Shown piece after piece: positions 1 to 12,175 of a DNA stretch of 64,000 bases. The translations under genes were made by a program, and so were the position numbers. The stretch is from Auanema rhodensis (taxonomy: Eukaryota; Animalia; Nematoda). Where the stretch lies: NCBI GenBank assembly GCA_964057225.1, contig OZ059900.1:25110001-25174000 (forward strand), given 5' to 3'. The notes under the pieces were generated by a model that made no database searches, was not told the DNA's origin, and saw only the letters and a list, made by a program, of their open reading frames with translations. Position 1 is the stretch's first letter, and every line of letters starts with the position of its first letter.

Positions 1-206
1 AATGCGTCATTTTAGTATGTAAAACGCTGAAATTCGTTGCATTTGACGACTCATATGAACAAAAAGCGATTTAATCAATATTATCCATAAGGGGCGTGCC
101 CTCAGAATATGCTAATTTCCTTAATTTTCTAACCCCTGTTTTTTTGTCGTGAAAGTGGAACTAGACGTTGTACGAACAATTTTGAGCTAGGTTTCATTGA
201 CATTGC

Positions 207-3200
207 ATGAGTTTGAACACATGCAATCGTATGTCAAAACCTTGTTTACAACGAAATTTCCAAAAACTGGTTTTCCAGCATAATAAATTATTTCTCATGG
301 GAAATACTGTGTTTTTGTATTTTTCTAGTGTTCAGCATGTAGAATGCTTCATTTTAGTATGTAACACGCTGAAATTCGTTGCATTTGACGACTCATATGA
401 ACAAAAATCGATTTAATCAATATTAGCCATAAGGGGCGTGCCCTCAGAATATGCTAATTTCCTTAATTTTCTAACCCCTGTTTTTTTGTCGTGAAAGTGG
501 AACTAGACGTTGTACGAACAATTTTGAGCTAGGTTTCATTGACATTGCATGAGTTTGAACACATGAAATCGTAAGTCAAAACCTTGTTTACAGCGAAATT
601 TCCAAAAACTGGTTTTCCAGCATAATAAAATATTTCTCATGGGAAATACAGTGTTTTTGTATTTTTTTAGTGTTCAGCATGTAAAATGCGTCATTTTAGT
701 ATGTAAAACGCTGAAATTCGTTGCATTTGACGACTCATATGAACAAAAATCGATTTTATCAATATTAGCCATAAGGGGCGTGCCCTCAGAATATGCTAAT
801 TTCCTTAATATTCTAACCCCTGTTTTTTTGTCGTGAAAGTGGAACTAGACGTTGTACGAACAATTTTGAGCTAGGTTTCATTGACATTGCATGAGTTTGA
901 ACACATGAAATCGTAAGTCAAAACCTTGTTTACAGCGAAATTTCCAAAAACTGGTTTTCCAGCATAATAAAATATTTCTCAAGGGAAAAACTGTGTTTTT
1001 ATATTTTTCTAGTGTTCAGCATGTAAAATGCTTCATTTTAGTATGTAACACGGTGAAATTCCTTGCATTTGACGACTCATATGAACAAAAATCGATTTAA
1101 TCAATATTAGCCATAAGGGGCGTGCCCTCAGAATATGCTAATTTCCTTAATTTTCTAACCCCTGTTTTTTTGTCGTGAAAGTGGAACTAGACGTTGTACG
1201 AACAATTTTGAGCTAGGTTTCATTGACATTGCATGAGTTTGAACACATGAAATCGTAAGTCAAAACCTTGTTTACAGCGAAATTTCCAAAAACTGGTTTT
1301 CCAGCATAATACAATATTTCTCATGGGAAATACTGTGTTTTTGTATTTTTCTAGTGTTCAGAATGTAGAATGCTTCATTTTAGTACGTAACACGCTGAAA
1401 TTCGTTGCATTTGACGACTCATATGAACAAAAATCGATTTAATCAATATTAGCCATAAGGGGCGTGCCCTCAGAATATGCTAATTTCCTTAATTTTCTAA
1501 CCCCTGTTTTTTTGTCGTGAAAGTGGAACTAGACGTTGTACGAACAATTTTGAGCTAGGTTTCATTGACATTGCATGAGTTTGAACACATGAAATCGTAA
1601 GTCAAAACCTTGTTTACAGCGAAATTTCCAAAAACTGGTTTTCCAGCATAATAAAATATTTCTCATGGGAAATACTGTGTTTTTGTATTTTTCTAGTGTT
1701 CAGCATGTAAAATGCTTCATTTTAGTATGTAACACGCTGAAATTCGTTGCATTTGACGACTCATATGAACAAAAATCGATTTAATCAATATTAGCCATAA
1801 GGGGCGTGCCCTCAGAATATGCTAATTTCCTTAATTTTCTAACCCCTGTTTTTTTGTCGTGAAAGTGGAACTAGACGTTGTACGAACAATTTTGAGCTAG
1901 GTTTCATTGACATTGCATGAGTTTGAACACATGAAATCGTAAGTCAAAACCTTGTTTACAGCGAAATTTCCAAAAACTGGTTTTCCAGCATAATAAAATA
2001 TTTCTCAAGGGAAAAACTGTGTTTTTATATTTTTCTAGTGTTCAGCATGTAAAATGCTTCATTTTAGTATGTAACACGGTGAAATTCCTTGCATTTGACG
2101 ACTCATATGAACAAAAATCGATTTAATCAATATTAGCCATAAGGGGCGTGCCCTCAGAATATGCTAATTTCCTTAATTTTCTAACCCCTGTTTTTTTGTC
2201 GTGAAAGTGGAACTAGACGTTGTACGAACAATTTTGAGCTAGGTTTCATTGACATTGCATGAGTTTGAACACATGAAATCGTAAGTCAAAACCTTGTTTA
2301 CAGCGAAATTTCCAAAAACTGGTTTTCCAGCATAATACAATATTTCTCATGGGAAATACTGTGTTTTTGTATTTTTTTAGTGTTCAGCATGTAAAATGCG
2401 TCATTTTAGTATGTAAAACGCTGAAATTCGTTGCATTTGACGACTCATATGAACAAAAAGCGATTTAATCAATATTATCCATAAGGGGCGTGCCCTCAGA
2501 ATATGCTAATTTCCTTAATTTTCTAACCCCTGTTTTTTTGTCGTGAAAGTGGAACTAGACGTTGTACGAACAATTTTGAGCTAGGTTTCATTGACATTGC
2601 ATGAGTTTGAACACATGAAATCGTAAGTCAAAACCTTGTTTACAGCGAAATTTCCAAAAACTGGTTTTCCAGCATAATAAAATATTTCTCATGGGAAATA
2701 CTATGTTTTTGTATTTTTTTAGTGTTCAGCATGTAAAATGCGTCATTTTAGTATGTAAAACGCTGAAATTCGTTGCATTTGACGACTCATATGAACAAAA
2801 AGCGATTTAATCAATATTATCCATAAGGGGCGTGCCCTCAGAATATGCTAATTTCCTTAATTTTCTAACCCCTGTTTTTTTGTCGTGAAAGTGGAACTAG
2901 ACGTTGTACGAACAATTTTGAGCTAGGTTTCATTGACATTGCATGAGTTTGAACACATGCAATCGTAAGTCAAAACCTTGTTTACAACGAAATTTCCAAA
3001 AACTGGTTTTCCAGCATAATAAATTATTTCTCATGGGAAATACTGTGTTTTTGTATTTTTCTAGTGTTCAGCATGTAGAATGCTTCATTTTAGTATGTAA
3101 CACGCTGAAATTCGTTGCATTTGACGACTCATATGAACAAAAATCGATTTAATCAATATTAGCCATAAGGGGCGTGCCCTCAGAATATGCTAATTTCCTT

Positions 3201-6200
3201 AATTTTCTAACCCCTGTTTTTTTGTCGTGAAAGTGGAACTAGACGTTGTACGAACAATTTTGAGCTAGGTTTCATTGACATTGCATGAGTTTGAACACAT
3301 GAAATCGTAAGTCAAAACCTTGTTTACAGCGAAATTTCCAAAAACTGGTTTTCCAGCATAATACAATATTTCTCATGGGAAATACTGTGTTTTTGTATTT
3401 TTTTAGTGTTCAGCATGTAAAATGCGTCATTTTAGTATGTAAAACGCTGAAATTCGTTGCATTTGACGACTCATATGAACAAAAAGCGATTTAATCAATA
3501 TTATCCATAAGGGGCGTGCCCTCAGAATATGCTAATTTCCTTAATTTTCTAACCCCTGTTTTTTTGTCGTGAAAGTGGAACTAGACGTTGTACGAACAAT
3601 TTTGAGCTAGGTTTCATTGACATTGCATGAGTTTGAACACATGAAATCGTAAGTCAAAACCTTGTTTACAGCGAAATTTCCAAAAACTGGTTTTCCAGCA
3701 TAATAAAATATTTCTCATGGGAAATACTATGTTTTTGTATTTTTTTAGTGTTCAGCATGTAAAATGCGTCATTTTAGTATGTAAAACGCTGAAATTCGTT
3801 GCATTTGACGACTCATATGAACAAAAAGCGATTTAATCAATATTATCCATAAGGGGCGTGCCCTCAGAATATGCTAATTTCCTTAATTTTCTAACCCCTG
3901 TTTTTTTGTCGTGAAAGTGGAACTAGACGTTGTACGAACAATTTTGAGCTAGGTTTCATTGACATTGCATGAGTTTGAACACATGCAATCGTAAGTCAAA
4001 ACCTTGTTTACAACGAAATTTCCAAAAACTGGTTTTCCAGCATAATAAATTATTTCTCATGGGAAATACTGTGTTTTTGTATTTTTCTAGTGTTCAGCAT
4101 GTAGAATGCTTCATTTTAGTATGTAACACGCTGAAATTCGTTGCATTTGACGACTCATATGAACAAAAATCGATTTAATCAATATTAGCCATAAGGGGCG
4201 TGCCCTCAGAATATGCTAATTTCCTTAATTTTCTAACCCCTGTTTTTTTGTAGTGAAAGTGGAACTAGACGTTGTACGAACAATTTTGAGCTAGGTTTCG
4301 TTGACATTGCATGAGTTTGAACACATGCAATCGTAAGTCAAAACCTTGTTTACAGCGAAATTTCCAAAAACTGGTTTTCCAGCATAATAAAATATTTCTC
4401 AAGGGAAAAACTGTGTTTTTATATTTTTCTAGTGTTCAGCATGTAAAATGCTTTATTTTAATATGTAACACGCTGAAATTCGTTGCATTTGACGACTCAT
4501 ATGAACAAAAATCGATTTAATCAATATTAGCCATAAGGGGCGTGCCCTCAGAATATGCTAATTTCCTTAATTTTCTAACCCCTGTTTTTTTGTTGTGAAA
4601 GTGGAACTAGACGTTGTACGAACAATTTTGAGCTAGGTTTCATTGACATTGCATGAGTTTGAACAAATGAAATCGTAAGTCAAAACCTTGTTTACATCGA
4701 AATTTCCAAAAACTGGTTTTCCAGCATAATAAAATATTTCTCATGGGAAATACTGTGTTTTTGTATTTTTTTAGTGTTCAGCATGTAAAATGCGTCATTT
4801 TAGTATGTAAAACGCTGAAATTCGTTGCATTTGACGACTCATATGAACAAAAATCGATTTTATCAATATTAGCCATAAGGGGCGTGCCCTCAGAATATGC
4901 TAATTTCCTTAATTTTCTAACCCCTGTTTTTTTGTCGTGAAAGTGGAACTAGACGTTGTACAAACAATTTTGAGCTAGGTTTCATTGACATCGCATGAGT
5001 TTGAACACATGAAATCGTAAGTCAAAACCTTGTTTACAGCGAAATTTCCAAAAACTGGTTTTCCAGCATAATACAATATTTCTCATGGGAAATACTGTGT
5101 TTTTATATTTTTCTAGTGTTCAGCATGTAAAATGCTTCATTTTAGTATGTAACACGCTGAAATTCGTTGCATTTGACGACTCATATGAACAAAAATCGAT
5201 TTAATCAATATTAGCCATAAGGGGCGTGCCCTCAGAATATGCTAATTTCCTTAATTTTCTAACCCCTGTTTTTTTGTCGTGAAAGTGGAACTAGACGTTG
5301 TACGAACAATTTTGAGCTAGGTTTCATTGACATTGCATGAGTTTGAACACATGCAATCGTATGTCAAAACCTTGTTTACAACGAAATTTCCAAAAACTGG
5401 TTTTCCAGCATAATAAATTATTTCTCATGGGAAATACTGTGTTTTTGTATTTTTCTAGTGTTCAGCATGTAGAATGCTTCATTTTAGTATGTAACACGCT
5501 GAAATTCGTTGCATTTGACGACTCATATGAACAAAAATCGATTTAATCAATATTAGCCATAAGGGGCGTGCCCTCAGAATATGCTAATTTCCTTAATTTT
5601 CTAACCCCTGTTTTTTTGTCGTGAAAGTGGAACTAGACGTTGTACGAACAATTTTGAGCTAGGTTTCATTGACATTGCATGAGTTTGAACACATGAAATC
5701 GTAAGTCAAAACCTTGTTTACAGCGAAATTTCCAAAAACTGGTTTTCCAGCATAATAAAATATTTCTCATGGGAAATACAGTGTTTTTGTATTTTTTTAG
5801 TGTTCAGCATGTAAAATGCGTCATTTTAGTATGTAAAACGCTGAAATTCGTTGCATTTGACGACTCATATGAACAAAAATCGATTTTATCAATATTAGCC
5901 ATAAGGGGCGTGCCCTCAGAATATGCTAATTTCCTTAATATTCTAACCCCTGTTTTTTTGTCGTGAAAGTGGAACTAGACGTTGTACGAACAATTTTGAG
6001 CTAGGTTTCATTGACATTGCATGAGTTTGAACACATGAAATCGTAAGTCAAAACCTTGTTTACAGCGAAATTTCCAAAAACTGGTTTTCCAGCATAATAA
6101 AATATTTCTCAAGGGAAAAACTGTGTTTTTATATTTTTCTAGTGTTCAGCATGTAAAATGCTTCATTTTAGTATGTAACACGGTGAAATTCCTTGCATTT

Positions 6201-9200
6201 GACGACTCATATGAACAAAAATCGATTTAATCAATATTAGCCATAAGGGGCGTGCCCTCAGAATATGCTAATTTCCTTAATTTTCTAACCCCTGTTTTTT
6301 TGTCGTGAAAGTGGAACTAGACGTTGTACGAACAATTTTGAGCTAGGTTTCATTGACATTGCATGAGTTTGAACACATGAAATCGTAAGTCAAAACCTTG
6401 TTTACAGCGAAATTTCCAAAAACTGGTTTTCCAGCATAATACAATATTTCTCATGGGAAATACTGTGTTTTTGTATTTTTCTAGTGTTCAGAATGTAGAA
6501 TGCTTCATTTTAGTACGTAACACGCTGAAATTCGTTGCATTTGACGACTCATATGAACAAAAATCGATTTAATCAATATTAGCCATAAGGGGCGTGCCCT
6601 CAGAATATGCTAATTTCCTTAATTTTCTAACCCCTGTTTTTTTGTCGTGAAAGTGGAACTAGACGTTGTACGAACAATTTTGAGCTAGGTTTCATTGACA
6701 TTGCATGAGTTTGAACACATGAAATCGTAAGTCAAAACCTTGTTTACAGCGAAATTTCCAAAAACTGGTTTTCCAGCATAATAAAATATTTCTCATGGGA
6801 AATACTGTGTTTTTGTATTTTTCTAGTGTTCAGCATGTAAAATGCTTCATTTTAGTATGTAACACGCTGAAATTCGTTGCATTTGACGACTCATATGAAC
6901 AAAAATCGATTTAATCAATATTAGCCATAAGGGGCGTGCCCTCAGAATATGCTAATTTCCTTAATTTTCTAACCCCTGTTTTTTTGTCGTGAAAGTGGAA
7001 CTAGACGTTGTACGAACAATTTTGAGCTAGGTTTCATTGACATTGCATGAGTTTGAACACATGAAATCGTAAGTCAAAACCTTGTTTACAGCGAAATTTC
7101 CAAAAACTGGTTTTCCAGCATAATAAAATATTTCTCATGGGAAATACTGTGTTTTTGTATTTTTCTAGTGTTCAGCATGTAAAATGCTTCATTTTAGTAT
7201 GTAACACGCTGAAATTCGTTGCATTTGACGACTCATATGAACAAAAATCGATTTAATCAATATTAGCCATAAGGGGCGTGCCCTCAGAATATGCTAATTT
7301 CCTTAATTTTCTAACCCCTGTTTTTTTGTTGTGAAAGTGGAACTAGACGTTGTACGAACAATTTTGAGCTAGGTTTCATTGACATTGCATGAGTTTGAAC
7401 AAATGAAATCGTAAGTCAAAACCTTGTTTACATCGAAATTTCCAAAAACTGGTTTTCCAGCATAATAAAATATTTCTCATGGGAAATACTGTGTTTTTGT
7501 ATTTTTTTAGTGTTCAGCATGTAAAATGCGTCATTTTAGTATGTAAAACGCTGAAATTCGTTGCATTTGACGACTCATATGAACAAAAATCGATTTTATC
7601 AATATTAGCCATAAGGGGCGTGCCCTCAGAATATGCTAATTTCCTTAATTTTCTAACCCCTGTTTTTTTGTCGTGAAAGTGGAACTAGACGTTGTACAAA
7701 CAATTTTGAGCTAGGTTTCATTGACATCGCATGAGTTTGAACACATGAAATCGTAAGTCAAAACCTTGTTTACAGCGAAATTTCCAAAAACTGGTTTTCC
7801 AGCATAATACAATATTTCTCATGGGAAATACTGTGTTTTTATATTTTTCTAGTGTTCAGCATGTAAAATGCTTCATTTTAGTATGTAACACGCTGAAATT
7901 CGTTGCATTTGACGACTCATATGAACAAAAATCGATTTAATCAATATTAGCCATAAGGGGCGTGCCCTCAGAATATGCTAATTTCCTTAATTTTCTAACC
8001 CCTGTTTTTTGTCGTGAAAGTGGAACTAGACGTTGTACGAACAATTTTGAGCTAGGTTTCATTGACATTGCATGAGTTTGAACACATGCAATCGTATGTC
8101 AAAACCTTGTTTACAACGAAATTTCCAAAAACTGGTTTTCCAGCATAATAAATTATTTCTCATGGGAAATACTGTGTTTTTGTATTTTTCTAGTGTTCAG
8201 CATGTAGAATGCTTTATTTTAGTATGTAACACGCTGAAATTCGTTGCATTTGACGACTCATATGAACAAAAATCGATTTAATCAATATTAGCCATAAGGG
8301 GCGTGCCCTCAGAATATGCTAATTTCCTTAATTTTCTAACCCCTGTTTTTTTGTCGTGAAAGTGGAACTAGACGTTGTACGAACAATTTTGAGCTAGGTT
8401 TCATTGACATTGCATGAGTTTGAACACATGAAATCGTAAGTCAAAACCTTGTTTACAGCGAAATTTCCAAAAACTGGTTTTCCAGCATAATAAAATATTT
8501 CTCATGGGAAATACAGTGTTTTTGTATTTTTTTAGTGTTCAGCATGTAAAATGCGTCATTTTAGTATGTAAAACGCTGAAATTCGTTGCATTTGACGACT
8601 CATATGAACAAAAATCGATTTTATCAATATTAGCCATAAGGGGCGTGCCCTCAGAATATGCTAATTTCCTTAATATTCTAACCCCTGTTTTTTTGTCGTG
8701 AAAGTGGAACTAGACGTTGTACGAACAATTTTGAGCTAGGTTTCATTGACATTGCATGAGTTTGAACACATGAAATCGTAAGTCAAAACCTTGTTTACAG
8801 CGAAATTTCCAAAAACTGGTTTTCCAGCATAATAAAATATTTCTCAAGGGAAAAACTGTGTTTTTATATTTTTCTAGTGTTCAGCATGTAAAATGCTTCA
8901 TTTTAGTATGTAACACGGTGAAATTCCTTGCATTTGACGACTCATATGAACAAAAATCGATTTAATCAATATTAGCCATAAGGGGCGTGCCCTCAGAATA
9001 TGCTAATTTCCTTAATTTTCTAACCCCTGTTTTTTTGTCGTGAAAGTGGAACTAGACGTTGTACGAACAATTTTGAGCTAGGTTTCATTGACATTGCATG
9101 AGTTTGAACACATGAAATCGTAAGTCAAAACCTTGTTTACAGCGAAATTTCCAAAAACTGGTTTTCCAGCATAATACAATATTTCTCATGGGAAATACTG

Positions 9201-12175
9201 TGTTTTTGTATTTTTCTAGTGTTCAGAATGTAGAATGCTTCATTTTAGTACGTAACACGCTGAAATTCGTTGCATTTGACGACTCATATGAACAAAAATC
9301 GATTTAATCAATATTAGCCATAAGGGGCGTGCCCTCAGAATATGCTAATTTCCTTAATTTTCTAACCCCTGTTTTTTTGTCGTGAAAGTGGAACTAGACG
9401 TTGTACGAACAATTTTGAGCTAGGTTTCATTGACATTGCATGAGTTTGAACACATGAAATCGTAAGTCAAAACCTTGTTTACAGCGAAATTTCCAAAAAC
9501 TGGTTTTCCAGCATAATAAAATATTTCTCATGGGAAATACTGTGTTTTTGTATTTTTCTAGTGTTCAGCATGTAAAATGCTTCATTTTAGTATGTAACAC
9601 GCTGAAATTCGTTGCATTTGACGACTCATATGAACAAAAATCGATTTAATCAATATTAGCCATAAGGGGCGTGCCCTCAGAATATGCTAATTTCCTTAAT
9701 TTTCTAACCCCTGTTTTTTTGTCGTGAAAGTGGAACTAGACGTTGTACGAACAATTTTGAGCTAGGTTTCATTGACATTGCATGAGTTTGAACACATGAA
9801 ATCGTAAGTCAAAACCTTGTTTACAGCGAAATTTCCAAAAACTGGTTTTCCAGCATAATAAAATATTTCTCAAGGGAAAAACTGTGTTTTTATATTTTTC
9901 TAGTGTTCAGCATGTAAAATGCTTCATTTTAGTATGTAACACGGTGAAATTCCTTGCATTTGACGACTCATATGAACAAAAATCGATTTAATCAATATTA
10001 GCCATAAGGGGCGTGCCCTCAGAATATGCTAATTTCCTTAATTTTCTAACCCCTGTTTTTTTGTCGTGAAAGTGGAACTAGACGTTGTACGAACAATTTT
10101 GAGCTAGGTTTCATTGACATTGCATGAGTTTGAACACATGAAATCGTAAGTCAAAACCTTGTTTACAGCGAAATTTCCAAAAACTGGTTTTCCAGCATAA
10201 TACAATATTTCTCATGGGAAATACTGTGTTTTTGTATTTTTTTAGTGTTCAGCATGTAAAATGCGTCATTTTAGTATGTAAAACGCTGAAATTCGTTGCA
10301 TTTGACGACTCATATGAACAAAAAGCGATTTAATCAATATTATCCATAAGGGGCGTGCCCTCAGAATATGCTAATTTCCTTAATTTTCTAACCCCTGTTT
10401 TTTTGTCGTGAAAGTGGAACTAGACGTTGTACGAACAATTTTGAGCTAGGTTTCATTGACATTGCATGAGTTTGAACACATGAAATCGTAAGTCAAAACC
10501 TTGTTTACAGCGAAATTTCCAAAAACTGGTTTTCCAGCATAATAAAATATTTCTCATGGGAAATACTATGTTTTTGTATTTTTTTAGTGTTCAGCATGTA
10601 AAATGCGTCATTTTAGTATGTAAAACGCTGAAATTCGTTGCATTTGACGACTCATATGAACAAAAAGCGATTTAATCAATATTATCCATAAGGGGCGTGC
10701 CCTCAGAATATGCTAATTTCCTTAATTTTCTAACCCCTGTTTTTTTGTCGTGAAAGTGGAACTAGACGTTGTACGAACAATTTTGAGCTAGGTTTCATTG
10801 ACATTGCATGAGTTTGAACACATGCAATCGTAAGTCAAAACCTTGTTTACAACGAAATTTCCAAAAACTGGTTTTCCAGCATAATAAATTATTTCTCATG
10901 GGAAATACTGTGTTTTTGTATTTTTCTAGTGTTCAGCATGTAGAATGCTTCATTTTAGTATGTAACACGCTGAAATTCGTTGCATTTGACGACTCATATG
11001 AACAAAAATCGATTTAATCAATATTAGCCATAAGGGGCGTGCCCTCAGAATATGCTAATTTCCTTAATTTTCTAACCCCTGTTTTTTTGTCGTGAAAGTG
11101 GAACTAGACGTTGTACGAACAATTTTGAGCTAGGTTTCGTTGACATTGCATGAGTTTGAACACATGCAATCGTAAGTCAAAACCTTGTTTACAGCGAAAT
11201 TTCCAAAAACTGGTTTTCCAGCATAATAAAATATTTCTCAAGGGAAAAACTGTGTTTTTATATTTTTCTAGTGTTCAGCATGTAAAATGCTTTATTTTAA
11301 TATGTAACACGCTGAAATTCGTTGCATTTGACGACTCATATGAACAAAAATCGATTTAATCAATATTAGCCATAAGGGGCGTGCCCTCAGAATATGCTAA
11401 TTTCCTTAATTTTCTAACCCCTGTTTTTTTGTTGTGAAAGTGGAACTAGACGTTGTACGAACAATTTTGAGCTAGGTTTCATTGACATTGCATGAGTTTG
11501 AACAAATGAAATCGTAAGTCAAAACCTTGTTTACATCGAAATTTCCAAAATCTGGTTTTCCAGCATAATAAAATATTTCTCATGGGAAATACTGTGTTTT
11601 TGTATTTTTTTAGTGTTCAGCATGTAAAATGCGTCATTTTAGTATGTAAAACGCTGAAATTCGTTGCATTTGACGACTCATATGAACAAAAATCGATTTT
11701 ATCAATATTAGCCATAAGGGGCGTGCCCTCAGAATATGCTAATTTCCTTAATTTTCTAACCCCTGTTTTTTTGTCGTGAAAGTGGAACTAGACGTTGTAC
11801 AAACAATTTTGAGCTAGGTTTCATTGACATCGCATGAGTTTGAACACATGAAATCGTAAGTCAAAACCTTGTTTACAGCGAAATTTCCAAAAACTGGTTT
11901 TCCAGCATAATACAATATTTCTCATGGGAAATACTGTGTTTTTATATTTTTCTAGTGTTCAGCATGTAAAATGCTTCATTTTAGTATGTAACACGCTGAA
12001 ATTCGTTGCATTTGACGACTCATATGAACAAAAATCGATTTAATCAATATTAGCCATAAGGGGCGTGCCCTCAGAATATGCTAATTTCCTTAATTTTCTA
12101 ACCCCTGTTTTTTTGTCGTGAAAGTGGAACTAGACGTTGTACGAACAATTTTGAGCTAGGTTTCATTGACATTGC
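207..12175. repeat. HOR domain 1: 12-monomer HOR (4104 bp) with 15-mer and 8-mer structural variants
   Basis: A marker monomer with tgcaatcgtATGtca starts at 207, 5337 and 8072. Each is followed by the same ordered variants (aatATtct; aagggaaaaa/cggtg/ccttg; gaatgtag/gtacg; plain), and each copy ends with the aacaaatg/catcg monomer and the tacaa/ttata monomer. Confidence 0.88.
1575..1916 (+). repeat. Representative consensus-like monomer (type E), 342 bp
   Basis: Runs atgagtttgaacacatgaaatcg...ccataaggggcgtgccctcagaatatgc...ggtttcattgacattgc and carries the majority base at the diagnostic sites. The monomer start point is arbitrary. Confidence 0.95.

Noticed and set aside
374-390. CENP-B-box-like sequence ATTCGTTGCATTTGACG
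   Set aside because: It matches TTCG and the central A of nTTCGnnnnAnnCGGGn but has TGAC instead of CGGG (6 of 9 essential bases). It is also mutated in C, L and Y monomers, so it is unlikely to be a functional box.
471-478. Telomere-like CTAACCC motif
   Set aside because: It is a single copy per monomer, not tandem, and is expected by chance.
549-890. Primate alpha-satellite dimer (2 x 171 bp)
   Set aside because: The length coincides, but I see no recognisable alpha-satellite sequence motifs.
8005-8010. 1-bp deletion (T7 to T6) shifting the array phase
   Set aside because: It is real in this sequence but lies in a homopolymer, so it is as likely a sequencing or consensus error as a biological change.
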